From the NCBI GenBank assembly GCA_051362555.1, contig CM120641.1:3596001-3660000 (forward strand): 64,000 bases of DNA, given 5' to 3'. The position numbers and the translations under genes are program-made. Positions 24,312-35,800 of the stretch are shown here, one piece after another (the stretch's first letter is position 1; every line of letters starts with the position of its first letter). Source of the stretch: Lingula anatina (lineage: Eukaryota > Animalia > Brachiopoda). Under the pieces are notes generated by a model. The model saw only the letters and a list, made by a program, of their open reading frames with translations. It was not told the origin of the DNA and searched no databases.

Positions 24312-27300
24312 GGTTGTTTCAATTTTAAATATTATGATGCTAGTATCTTTTAGGCATGTTTTGGCTTAGCTGAGCATTATTTGCCATTTGCGTGACATTA
24401 AATCAGCCTGTATGTTACACATGGTGTACAAGCCTGTATGTTTATATATTCACTCTAAAAATAAGAGAATCGTTTGTCATTCAGTGCTTTTCAAGAGCTG
24501 TCATTATGCTGCATGTGACTTCATGTGTTTTCTCATGTTTCACTCTACATAATGTTTATGTGCTGTTTTGCTTTATTCATTATTGATTATGTGGAAAACC
24601 CTAAGCTTTTTGAACATGAAATAATGAAGGCTGTTATGACATGGTTCTTGCCTAAGAAATCACTTATGTTTGTTAGAAGCTTTGGCAACCTCAAACCTCA
24701 GAGAATGGTAGCCTGTGACATGCAAAGACCAACTAATACATTATACATGAAGAACAGGTTGAGAATGAAGAAAAATAGGGGATATCTAAATTTTTAATCT
24801 CAGACATTAGTTGGAAACATGGTTCAGGCTTTGTGATGAGACTACTATTTTTCACATTATGGTTTAGGGAAAAAAAAGATTCTCTTTGTATAAAAAGTTC
24901 CCAGTTCTGTTCATATTTATATCATATCATTTCGTATACTTTTGAGTTTATGACATGCATTAATATCTTGAGCATTTATATCCATGCATTTTCGTGTTTT
25001 GTTTTTCTTATATTTGAGTTGCTTTGTCTGTCTTCTTCAGCCTCAGGTGGCGCAAGGGTGTCTTTTGATCAGTATCATTATCCCTCGTTTGACGAGGATG
25101 ACATGCGGGAGATAGACCCTACTGAGCATATGGAGGCCTTGGGACAAGGCATTCCTGAATACTATGGTACAGTACTCACAACTGACACTGTTGGTTCTAT
25201 ATATTGCACCGTACAAAGCAAGCACATTATTTCATTCAGAAATGTCTTTTTGTAACTTTGTTTATCTGTTTTGTCTGGAAAACCTTTTCTGTAATCTTTT
25301 GAACAATTTGGGATAAAATGTTTTTGGTTGGTTGATCTGAATTTTTTATTATTTCCTGTGTTTCAAGGCATTTTTTTTATGTAGAACTGTCTTATTCATT
25401 TGATTTTTAGCATAAATTAAAAAAAAAAAAGATTTGATAAAACAGTATGTCATTTGTGGGTACTGGTTGTTGATGAGTGTTCCATTTTCTTGGTCTAGGC
25501 TACAGCAGTACAATGCGGGGACAGGAGACGAGAGAAGAAGATTATGGTTATCAATATGAAGGTTCAATTTATTTGCTCATTTCTTTCTTTGTTTGTATTC
25601 AGTGTTGTAACCTGATGTCTTTTCTCTTTAATCTTTCCTTAGTCGATGGTGCCCTTGGAAACCGTTGGAATCTTCTGTGTGTGATATTTCTTTGATTGCT
25701 TGTATATAAATGTTTTTTGTTCTTTATTGTGTACCGGTAGTTACTGTTTATTAGAAATCAGTCATTTCTTATTTTAAATTAGAGCTCTTTTGTTGTACCA
25801 TGCCTATGTACATGGCTATCAACCTCCCCTTAGCTAATAAATGAGGGCATATTTATCATTCCTTGCATAGTAACTGGAATCCATACCTCCACTGTACAAG
25901 TATGACAAAATATATGTAATATGTCATCATGACAAAGCCTAAGCTTAATCTTGAGGCTGTAGGGCCCAGGTGCCTTAGTAGTTTAAAATAATTTTTGTGG
26001 TGTAACTATCACCCCATTTTTGTCTTTTTTTATCTCACAGCATGTCATCAGGCCATGGCACTGCATATACACAACCAGCTCATTATAACACAAAAAACAA
26101 TTAACACCATAATCAACAATTTATTTGTGTCAATATTATGTTGTATTTCTTTGAAATAGAATTTGATTTTAGTGCTGTTTTTTTAATATAAGCTGGAATA
26201 TATTTAAGAAGTAATCTTTATCTAAAAATTGGTTTACTATTTATTGATTTTGTTAACTATTCTTGACCAGTGTTATAACAATGGTTTAAGAATGGTTTAT
26301 ACCAGCATGACATCCAACAATTTAACAAAAATGACTTTTCATAATTCTAAATTAAGCTTTTTCATGCTTTGTAAGTTACGTAACATGCTTAGAATTAGTC
26401 TCAATTTTCATATGATATTATCAGTTGAGCAAGTATTGTAAATGAAAGTTTGGCTTAATTCAATCAGTTTCTATGATTCATAATAGTAGATTAACACTAA
26501 ATTTTTTCTAAACTTTTTAAATTCTGGTAATGTTGTATTTTCTTTATCATGTTAAAATAGATGTGGCTACTGTATGTATTGACCAGTATAATATTAACAA
26601 ATCTATATGTAGTATTCACCTATGTATTGTCTTATTTTGTAGACCAAGTGGTACCTGAGGCAGGAGCCGAGGGTGGAGATGATGATGAAGAACAAGAAGC
26701 CAGGTATTTGATTTAATATTCACAATCAGGCACACATTACACTGTGTAATGTTAGCCAGTCCAAAGCAATCAAAAAGTAGACTCAGCATCAAATTAGTAA
26801 AAAAATAAAATAAATAAGTGCTTTAGTCATTTCAGACTAGTCAAAATTTTAATAGCTATTTTGCATTAATTTCCAAATCTTTCAACTTGATCTTTGGACC
26901 AGTAAATTTTTATTTTGGGCTAGTATTTGTCCAAGTTGTGTAACAGTAGAAGTGACCAGTCAGCTTAAATTTTGAAGGAACACACTGCTGTTCAGTTGGA
27001 TATAGTTTCAAAGATATGTAACTTGGCCTAAATCTTGCAAAATATTTAAAGATAATTTTTTTTTTGTGATATTACTATATAATTGGGTATGATATGTTTT
27101 GGACATTAAAAGGTAATTTTCACGTTTGAGAAAACTAGAAAATTGTTCTATTTTCACTAGCGCACTCCCAAGTTCATTCAAGTTTTCACTTATGGACTCC
27201 ACCTGAAAAACTGACTTACAATCATGTTTAGTTTACTTTTAGTTACTGTCTTAAATTTTTCTTGTAAACATATCAAGGGAACCAAAAAATTTCCATTAAT

Positions 27301-27555
27301 GAAAAGACTAAGGCAAGACCCTATTCAATATTGAAATACCTTCCTCTATATTTATCATAATATGACATATAGATTGGCATGAGTCAAGCATTCATGTGGG
27401 TGGGTGGTGGGTAATTGATAGTTGCCACAGTATTATATTTACTTAAGATGATCAATATTATATACAAGAAAGACAAGTAGATAGATAGATAGATATATCA
27501 TTTATTCCAACATGAGCAGAACTTATAAAGGATTTATACAACTTCCAGAATACAC

Positions 27556-27617
<62 letters not shown>

Positions 27618-28888
27618 CAGCATAACAAAAACAAATTTATGATTTCACTTGAGTTGGTCAAGTCAAGATGGACATGATGCATGATAATAAAATGATAACA
27701 CAATATTAAAGGGATAATAACTCTTCGTATGAGACCTTTATTTCACAATAAAAACCTTGTGAATAACTCATAGAAATATAATATATTCTGTTTTACCAAG
27801 AAAACAGCAGTTATGGCTTTTATTCTGATATTTGAACTTGTCTTTAGACCACGTGACCTCCATTGATGTCTATACTCTGTTAAAATCTCTTAAGAGATTT
27901 TAACAAAAAACCAAACTTTTTAGAAAAAAACCAGGGACTGACTTTGAATGTAAAAATGGATTCATTAACCATTGGTAAGTATGGGAAAATTGTTGTTTAC
28001 TCCAGGAAAATTCATTTTTTGGCCGAAACGAAGAGTTATTATTGCTTTAACATCAGGGAAATAGTTTACAGTCTGTCAAACAGCACTAGTCGCACATGGG
28101 TCCGCCTCTTCGAAGATGTTCTACTGAGCTAAAATCTAACGCAGGATGCTCCTTGCCTACAAAGGTTGCCACAGGACAAAAACACAAACCATGTTCCGCT
28201 GTTTGAATATTATCAGTACCACAGATACAATTCTGATCCTCACTCTTGTACCCAAAATTTCACAGAGAGGGTTCTTCTGAAAAAGTGACCTTTTTATTTC
28301 TTTTTTTGACCGAACTTGAGAAATGGCATAGAACCTTTATGTATGACAGATTTTGATTCTCAGTAAAATTTTCCAACCAAGGATAGTTCTTTCTTACCCC
28401 CCCCCCCCCACACTCCCCTTGCCTTCAGGTTAATGGTAATTTTCTCACTTTCCAAGTCATGTGACATTCTTCACATTTATCTCAGTTTTTATATGAAGTT
28501 GTTGGTTAAACTAATGTTTGAAGTCATTATGGCAAAACTCATCAGAGTTTCCATTATTAACAAAATTAGATCAGCATTATTTTTCTTGACATCTAGTATC
28601 ATATCTGTATTCTCTTGCAGAGTCAACACCAAGAAGTAGGTGCAACCCAGTATGTTATACTAGCTGTTTGTATTCTCTTGCAGAGTCCACATGAAAAAGC
28701 AGGTGCATTCCAAGACAGTACAACAGTCAGATGGACAACAACAAACCACAGTGACAGAGACAACAGAGGTCACCCAGGATGACAGCTTAGAAGATGCGCC
28801 TGATGAGCTTCGACAGGAAATGCAGCGCGTCCTGGACGACTTCATGGAGGGAAAACCAGGCAGTGAACAAGGCGGAACTTCGGTGTAA
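850..28888 (+). CDS. Giant ankyrin-like gene, 3' portion (multi-exon, 5'-partial; Ank2/UNC-44-like C-terminal tail)
   Basis: Twelve GT-AG exons join in frame: 850-960, 2751-4835, 6190-6321, 6879-6971, 7209-7241, 7827-15008, 15330-15809, 16587-23048, 25041-25166, 25499-25561, 26643-26703, 28684-28888. The product is very E/S/T/P-rich, with EEFEETLPDGTVVKRKxIKT repeats and SSLxEFExLE and DSL repeats that I associate with invertebrate giant ankyrins. No ANK repeats lie in the window, so identity is inferred. Confidence 0.72.
2751..4835 (+). CDS. Large acidic exon (2085 nt, phase 1-1)
   Basis: ttaatttcag|AAC...GAGCAAG|gtaat inside ORF 2696-4843; length divisible by 3. Confidence 0.85.
3610..4041 (+). 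repeat. Coding tandem repeat, 144 bp / 48 aa x3
   Basis: cacctga recurs at 3621, 3765 and 3909; unit ~TPEAEIAQEPALVETSPVTEQEFMERHVPAQEPVDQQVPEEPAAPLPQ. Confidence 0.95.
6190..6321 (+). CDS. Small cassette exon (132 nt) with KKVSF motif
   Basis: atag|AATGG...CAACAAG|gtagat; EWRELEESGYPDRHVKKVSFEPGTIDNEEREEEEVDVEDEDTQQ; phase 1-1. Confidence 0.7.
6879..6971 (+). CDS. Small cassette exon (93 nt) with PLITIT motif
   Basis: ttttacag|TCTTT...TCACAAG|gtacca; (V)FGHGPPLITITQHNSIEWDDDYARYFGVSQ; phase 1-1. Confidence 0.6.
7209..7241 (+). CDS. Micro-exon (33 nt)
   Basis: aatttcag|ACACCCAGGAGCTTGAGCAGTCTGAGGAAGAAG|gtactt; DTQELEQSEEE; purine-rich island in a T-rich intron. Confidence 0.65.
7827..15008 (+). 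CDS. Giant exon A (7182 nt, 2394 codons)
   Basis: Long polypyrimidine tract, acacag|GTGAC...GAAGAAG|gtattt; lies within ORF 7799-15130; phase 1-1. Confidence 0.88.
8780..11760 (+). repeat. Coding tandem array, 90 bp / 30 aa, ~33 units (degenerate units extend ~8170-12090)
   Basis: Consensus ~IASEAEAYKETEPESSEEEPEEIKEEVVPA; gaggcctataaagaaa recurs about every 90 nt. Confidence 0.97.
15330..15809 (+). CDS. Ankyrin-like tail exon (480 nt)
   Basis: gccccacag|ACTTAGGT...CAAAGAG|gtatca; open frame DLGAHGEAHYDD...LLLASQR; includes ORF 15491-15820; phase 1-1. Confidence 0.8.
16587..23048 (+). CDS. Giant exon B (6462 nt, 2154 codons)
   Basis: ctccttttctccag|ATTCC...CAGCAGAG|gtagta; in frame with ORF 16631-23101; four SSLxEFExLE motifs and about eight DSL-type motifs. 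Confidence 0.88.
24270..24307. repeat. (CT)n microsatellite
   Basis: Direct reading. Confidence 0.9.
25041..25166 (+). CDS. Small cassette exon (126 nt) with RVSF motif
   Basis: tcttcttcag|CCTCAG (alternative acceptor 25047)...TACTATG|gtacag; ASGGARVSFDQYHYPSFDEDDMREIDPTEHMEALGQGIPEYY; donor less certain (25193 possible). Confidence 0.6.
25499..25561 (+). CDS. Micro-exon (63 nt)
   Basis: ttttcttggtctag|GCTAC...TATGAAG|gttcaa; GYSSTMRGQETREEDYGYQYE; phase 1-1; weak donor. Confidence 0.5.
26643..26703 (+). CDS. Penultimate exon (61 nt, phase 1-2)
   Basis: ttattttgtag|ACCAAG...GAAGCCAG|gtattt; DQVVPEAGAEGGDDDEEQEAR; its phase matches the terminal exon. Confidence 0.8.
27559..27614. repeat. 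(TA)n microsatellite
   Basis: Direct reading. Confidence 0.95.
27710..28046. mobile_element. Non-autonomous DNA transposon with TTAA TSD (Kolobok-like), copy 1
   Basis: TTAA|agggataataactcttcgt...acgaagagttattattgct|TTAA terminal inverted repeats; homologous copy at 60504-60913. Confidence 0.8.
28684..28888 (+). CDS. Terminal coding exon of ankyrin-like gene
   Basis: tattctcttgcag|AGTCCACATG...TAA; (R)VHMKKQVHSKTVQQSDGQQQTTVTETTEV...QEMQRVLDDFMEGKPGSEQGGTSV*. Confidence 0.82.
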
Positions 28889-30470
28889 CCCAGCAGACAA
28901 CCTGTATATGTAATATTCTCTCTGTGCCATTGTGGATTTATAAAATACAACATAGACAGGCAAATACTTATGTCACATAAACATTAGTGTTCCCACATTG
29001 TAAGCCAAAAATTAGATTGTTCTTCGAGATTTAATATTAATCTGATGTCAGCTTATTGAAGGATATTTTTGTCTAAAGCAGTTTTGGAAGATACTGAGGT
29101 GGATGTTTTGTATTGGATCACTGTTTAATTACCAATTAATGGATTTTAATATTTAATAATTGTACTTTGATTTGATCAACACAGATAAGAATTTGTTGTC
29201 TGAAAAAATAAAACGAGTCTTGATACAAGTAGTAGAAGCGTGGGTCAATTGTAAAATTTGATGTGACCCTTTTTAGTTGTAATATTTATTCAGGGAGATT
29301 CCTGTCAGTAACATCAATTGCCCCACAACAAGGAATCTTTCTTTTTAAACACTGCCTCTAAAAGGGTGTCACCCAGGGACATTTGATGTCATGTAGATTT
29401 GGTGCTGACATATTATCACGAGATGAGTAGGGAGTCTGTGTGTAGAGCTTAAACTGAAAAGTGTGACGTTTGAGGTTTCACCAAATGATAATGACCTTTT
29501 TGACTTTGAAACTTTGACTATTTTGAGAAGTCACAGTTTTAGATTTTGAAACTTAGTGTGCAACATGGTATCTTTTTTGTATGGCTTTGTGGTAAGATCA
29601 CTTTTATATCTCCAGGATTTTTTTTTAGTATAAAAGAAGAAAGAAGGGCTGGATTAAGAATGGTAACTGTGAACTTTTGGAGGAGACGGATAAGCCACAA
29701 GTTAAATCAAGTGTGGTCTCTACTGTTTTCATTAACTATGTTCCAATGCTATGCCATGTGTAAAAGCGGCAAGTCAAATGTAGCATTTGTTAATGTGGAG
29801 TATAGATGGCTAGTAATGTTTAAATATAAATGGTTTGTGTTATTTTTTTCTTTACATCTAAAATTCTAGCTTGCCAGAAAATAATTTGTGTGCCTTTGAA
29901 TTTTTGTTTGTGTTTACAATAACAGTAACCTGCTTTATAAATGTAGTGGACTTGTGACTTCCATGGAGGTGTTATGAGGATGGATTTCAGTATGAGAACA
30001 ACACACTGTGTGTTGGCTATTATATGTCAGTGGAAGAAGACGACACAAATAGGAATCGAGACTTGCTTCATTATATAGGATGTATTGTTTTCTCATTGCT
30101 CAAAACATTTGTTACATGTACCCACTGTATCGGGCTACTAGGCGATGTGTTTATATAGGATCGCTTGTTAGTTGCCAATATTGCCAGTATCCCATGGCAT
30201 GGAAATCTCATGCTTCACTTTATACATATTGATGGAAACATGATAAAAAAATAGCCAAATAGCAGGGGTGGGTAGGGAATAATGGCATAGCCATAGGTTC
30301 TGTATAATCTTATGTTACATAGATGTTCATGATGAATGAAAAAGTAAGTCAGTGAAGAAGTGTTGTAATTTTTCTCCATTTTTTAAATGTTTTTGTCATG
30401 TTTTTTTGGTCAGGTTACTGGCCAACCGGTGGTGTAACGTGCGAATTTTATCCGTAGGTCATCGTTGCCT

Positions 30471-30476
30471 ATTAAA
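30471..30476 (+). terminator. Candidate poly(A) signal ATTAAA ending a ~1.6-kb 3' UTR
   Basis: ATTAAA followed ~25 nt later by a GT/T-rich tract (gtttgtttttatt); composition changes from T-rich to A-rich afterwards. Confidence 0.4.
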
Positions 30477-30794
30477 GCTTAATATGTAAAGACTAGAGTT
30501 TGTTTTTATTCTTTGAATTCTGTCAAAAGAAAGAAAAATGTTTTAAATCAATCGTAAGAAAAAACATGCTTCTAATTGGGGAAATGGAGAAAAATAAAGA
30601 ACAAATGGTTCATTCCCATTTTCAAACTTGACATGCATTTCACAATTAGCAATTGCCGAGTTCAAAGCAAAATGTCCACAAGATGTCAACAATTAATAAG
30701 GTGAGCGACGCTGTTTCTGTACATAAAAACAAAGACAAAAATGTGATATAAAAAAACATGAGGATAATGCCAAATTTTGACTTTAACCTGCCTG

Positions 30795-31328
30795 TGGGCG
30801 GCCAAAAGGGCAAAAATTCATGTCGTCGATTCAGTTATGTTTCGTCGATTCACTGCCTTTCCATCGATTCAGTTTCAAGTTTAAACGATCCTGTCATAAA
30901 TTCAACATCTACTTTCGTCAATTCAATTATCAAACACATCTACGGTGTATTAAAACCAATGCTTTCACTATTTTCGTCGATCGTCAAACTATTTTCGTCG
31001 ATCATGTTATGCCAATGTGCTACCGCAGCGCCCTCTGGCGATCGATCGATGAATGATGAAGTGACGTTACAGGATCGACGAGAACAGTTAGACGATCGAC
31101 GAGAACAGTTTGACGATCGACGAGAATAGTTACACGATCGACGAAAATAGTGACAGCATTGGTTTTAATACACCGCTGACGAGAAATGTTTGACAATTGA
31201 ATTGATGAAAATGGATGCTCAATTTATGACAGGGTCGTTTAAACTTGAAACTGAATGGATGGGAAGGCAGTGAATCGACGAAACATAACTGAATCGACGA
31301 CATGAATTTTTGCCCTTTTGGCCGCCCA
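30795..31328. mobile_element. Palindromic (foldback) MITE, 534 bp
   Basis: TGGGCGGCCAAAAGGGCAAAAATTCATGTCGTCG... is the inverse of ...CGACGACATGAATTTTTGCCCTTTTGGCCGCCCA; arms ~190 bp; internal ~20-21 bp gatcgacgagaacagtt repeats; flanks TG/TA. Confidence 0.9.
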
Positions 31329-32816
31329 TACCTGCACGTTTGACCCAGTAGTAACCTTTCAAAGTAAACTGGTACAAACTGTATAACTTAAGTATATCAC
31401 CCAAGATTGCTATTAAATTTATGGGGACACGTAAAAGCAATTTACTACAGCTGTAGCTGTGCGCGTTTTACGTATATCTGCGATGACCTGCCTGTTCATA
31501 TATGAAGTGTTTTTGAAGTCCTACTCAAAGTAGTCACCAAGATTAATTTGATGCGTAATTTACGAGTATATTAAGATGAGTAAACCGTTTTGAGAAACAG
31601 TTCCCAACCGATAAGGAGACCACCCTGTACTAGACATTTTTACCTTGCAAGGAACCTTATCTGTAAATAAGTAAGCAGCCGAGCACGTCTAGGTGCATCT
31701 GCTCTTACAGATTAAGGATCGTCATCCATTTTTATCATCATTTAAAAAAGTCAACTGACAACAATAAAGAGTACACTTTTTGTAGACACTCCCCATTTTA
31801 GAGAGTACATGTACAAGGTGAAAAGCATAAAATGATTAACTTTGCCACCATACCTCTGGGAGGGAGGGGAGATCATTTTAATTATTATTTTCTTCCAAAA
31901 GCGTTCAGAGGGCATTAATGTCCACCCCCACCCCACCCCCCCCACCCCCCACCCCTTGCGTACGGTTTGTAGACTTGTGAAAATGCTGATAAAAATGGAT
32001 GACCCCCAATGAATTCTCGCGCGGTGCCCTTTAGACATTTAATATGTGGTTAGGGAGCGAGTATGATGTTTCACCAAATCGTAAATACTTTTTGACATTG
32101 GAATTATTTCGATGCTTGATGTCCATCGTGTTTTTTTTTTTCTTTATTGCAAGTATTTTTATTCCGCAACCTCCTAAGAGAATAAGACGGCAAAGTACGC
32201 CAGGATAACGGTATAGCTTCATATGTCCCAGTAAAACCTTCACATTGACGCGGAGATTTTGATGTATGATTCATTTAACAAACGTAACATTAAGGTGTGA
32301 ATAATGATTGTCATATACTGTAGGTCTTTAATAAAACATAAGGACATCAGAGGAAATTAATTTTAATGTATCAAAGTATACAAAGAGATATATCCAAAGA
32401 GATAGGGGCTCTTACAGACCAGAGTGTAAGCAAAAGTTAATTAAAAGGCGGCATAATTAAGGAAAATAAAATGTTTTCGTGCCGATCGACCACTTGACGA
32501 TGTGCAGCATGAAAAATTGCAACGTGAATATAACTCAATAATTGGAAAATGTTTGTTTTTAAAATTTCAGTTTTTATTGTTCAGTTAAATTATGTTAAAA
32601 AGGAGACCGACGTACAAATATTGTTTTGTTGTAGTTAACTTACACTACGAGCACTGACATCTTACGTCTACCCATCCATTTTCTCGTAATTTTTAAAGTC
32701 GTCGACCACTTTGATAATTTTTAATTTTGATAAAAAACAAAAACAGGAAAACCATAATGCAGGCACCCAAGTGACGCGAGGACGGTATTACTAGTTATTT
32801 CACCATTGATTATGTG

Positions 32817-35800
32817 TTATATATCTTTTGGAGAGAGACAGTGATCTTTCCAGAAAAATGCATTTAATTCATCCCAGCTGTAAGATTTGGGCGGCTCCTC
32901 TTGAAAGTGCAGGCGTTCACAGAGGTGACAGAAAGCACGGTCTGGAAGCTGACGATACTCGTTCTTCCACTCAAGATATTTGACATATTTTTCTGGATTC
33001 TTATCAAGCATGTGTAAATATTCAGCTAATTCTTTAGGTGAGTTGAAGTCATCGGTGTTGATATGCCATTCAGGACGGATTCCTGTCCTCGTGTAGTTTG
33101 TATTCCCGCGAGTAACGGCTACAATATCTATGTTCACGGTTTTATAAAACTTTTCGGTCACGTAATCCAGAGATATGCTATTTTCGAATGCTAAATAAAA
33201 TTTGTAGTCTCTCGCTAAGAGGTCCAAACACGTGGTCTCCCACCCCCAACTACCAGACCGTTCACATTTCAGGGGACCACACGCTCCATATATATCCACT
33301 TCTATGTATTTCTGGAGTTCTTTTACATAGTCCATGCGGCGTGAAGGTGTTTTGCAGTTGGATACCATCCATGCCACCAGTTTCTTTTTTGATTTAGTAA
33401 TACTAAAGTAATCTTTTTTGATAGGAGTGTCTCTCTTGGCTATCTCTGTGTACGGCAACAAGACGTCTGCATCTGCGCGGTAAACCATCGTCCAGTTGAA
33501 GAGTCCATCCCATGATTTGTCAAGCGGCCGGGAGTGACAGGGGCTCTCCCCCTCCACCCAAACCCACCGCTGGCTAGGGTGACGGTACGTTGGACCTGTC
33601 TTTGGGGTGGATTGCCCATTTAGAAAAAATACCACGTCTGCTTGATTCACCAAATTTCGGTCTTTTGTAAGCTTGCACGCTTTCACTGGACAGTGCCTCA
33701 CCTCCATTAAGTCGTAGAACTTTGATCCAAGAGGATTCCAATTCCAGTCCCAGAATAACAGCGTTTTGTTCTTTAGTTTTGACAGTGTTAGTTCATCGTG
33801 TTTCTGTGGAAGGGTTTCTGGATGGATGGCTATCTGGGCCGGGGAGTGGAAATCAGTTTTTTGCCTGTTTGGACGCCTCGATAAATCTGGAAATAAAATT
33901 GTACACATGAGTACCTATTAAGACAAGTCTTTAATAAAGCATGCTGGGTTCTTTGACGAATTTGACAGCTGTACTTGAACCTTTCTGACCTCGGGTTGGT
34001 CCTGGGTGACGTCATGATGATATACAAATAAAGACTTTGGCTGAGGTCAATTTATTTATTTATCATTATTATTTTCATTTTTCTATTTATTGTAGTTCTG
34101 AATAACAACATAGATAAAAAGGCAAATTTCTATAATTTTAATTCATATAATTTAATACCTGAATACCAATGTCATCCAAGACAACGTTAAAAGTTTTTGA
34201 TGAAGTTTTCAGGGTAGGTCAGAAATGGGCCAACGTTAAAAGTTTTTGATGAAGTTTTCAGGGTAGGTCAGAAATGGGCCAAGGAACAAATGATTTTAGT
34301 TTGGTGGTGGGTGATACGGATAACCTATTTATAACAGAAAAACGCGACAGGCTTCGGTGGTCTTTCTTCTATCCTGTCACGTATACAATTCGTTATCTGT
34401 CCTTTCATGAATATTTTTAAATACAACGTGCGTTATCTTCTATCGCATGATCATACGTATTCCCTCCCATTGCAATACAGAACTACTTGCACAATCACCA
34501 CAGCGCGGCTCATATATATAGGCATAGGGCCTACTACTATTCGTGTGACTGTGGCGATGTGCGGTCTAGAGGTGTTTTTGAATTGTTTTTGAAATTTTTC
34601 TCTCTGTGTGTATTCAAATAATACTCTTCTACTACATAATCATCGACGCTGCAATTAGTATTATAACACAAACACTTAAAATATTAAAGTGGAAATCCTG
34701 ACACTATCAGCGCTCATGTTTTTGGAAAGACTGGAACAAGGACTAAATTTACGACACAAAAACTATCTGACACCCGTAACAGTTACTACTGGGATATCTT
34801 TATCCCCATAAACCCTTATCTGAAGGAACCATCTCACAGGGATTTTCAGCGAAGGTATCTAGCCTATTCATCGCTCGTAGTAGGGACTCACCAAAAAGCA
34901 TCTTGCCGGTTTCCATACTCGTTCAAAAACAAGACGTCTCTCAAGAAGTCTTTGTGTTGGAGAAGCAATGTTACTTTTCGTCTGTTCATTTTAATTACTT
35001 AATATGTTCGTTTCAAAAATTATATTAAACGTCTACCCAGAAAATCCATTCTGTTCAGTACGCCCTCAACGTATACAACATGCAAACATCCAGGAGAAAA
35101 ATTCCATTACATGAAAATTTAATACACATTAGAACTATTTCTATTTATTTTTAATGTGTAAATGTGTCCCAGTTGAGCGCTTAGCGTCGAATGAACACTG
35201 CATTTCTCGGGTGACAGTGTATTATCTCACACATACACGTAAATTGATTCTATATCTATGATTTTATTAATAATTAACGATGAGGTTTCAGTTCCCTTGG
35301 CAGAGGTTTGCTCTCTCTGAGTGATTTTTGTAGTTGATATAAAAATTTAATGTTTCCTGCTCCTTGACTGACGTCCATATATCCGTGGTGAATATTATGT
35401 TTGGTGACTGCGCTATAGGTATAATATTATAATAATTACAATATATTTAATTAAATTTATCTAAACCCCATAAAAATGTACAGTAAAATTTACATAGTAA
35501 AAGACAATACAAGTTATGAAGATAATGAATTTCCAAAATAGTAAATAGATCGTGGAAAAGTCTTTGTGGAGACAGTCGGCGGTCATACGAAATTGTGCGG
35601 CTTCACGGACTACTTTTAATATTTTTATAATCTTAAGCACTGTAGGCCGTAGCAATAATGTGCGTGCTACTGCGCTATTCCCGTACGGGGGACTTTATCT
35701 TGCGAAACGGAGTTGCGGAGATTCTCTTGTGTCATTTGAACGGTCGCCGCACAGCTATCGCAAGTTTGCCACTCGCTGTCCGTTTATAATATCTCGGTTG

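Noticed and set aside
28637-28684. Stop-codon read-through from RVNTKK* into the long terminal exon
   Set aside because: A second in-frame TAG occurs before 28684.
30758-31440. ORFs 30758-31129, 30820-31056 and 31219-31440
   Set aside because: They arise from the palindromic MITE; mirrored peptides appear on both strands.
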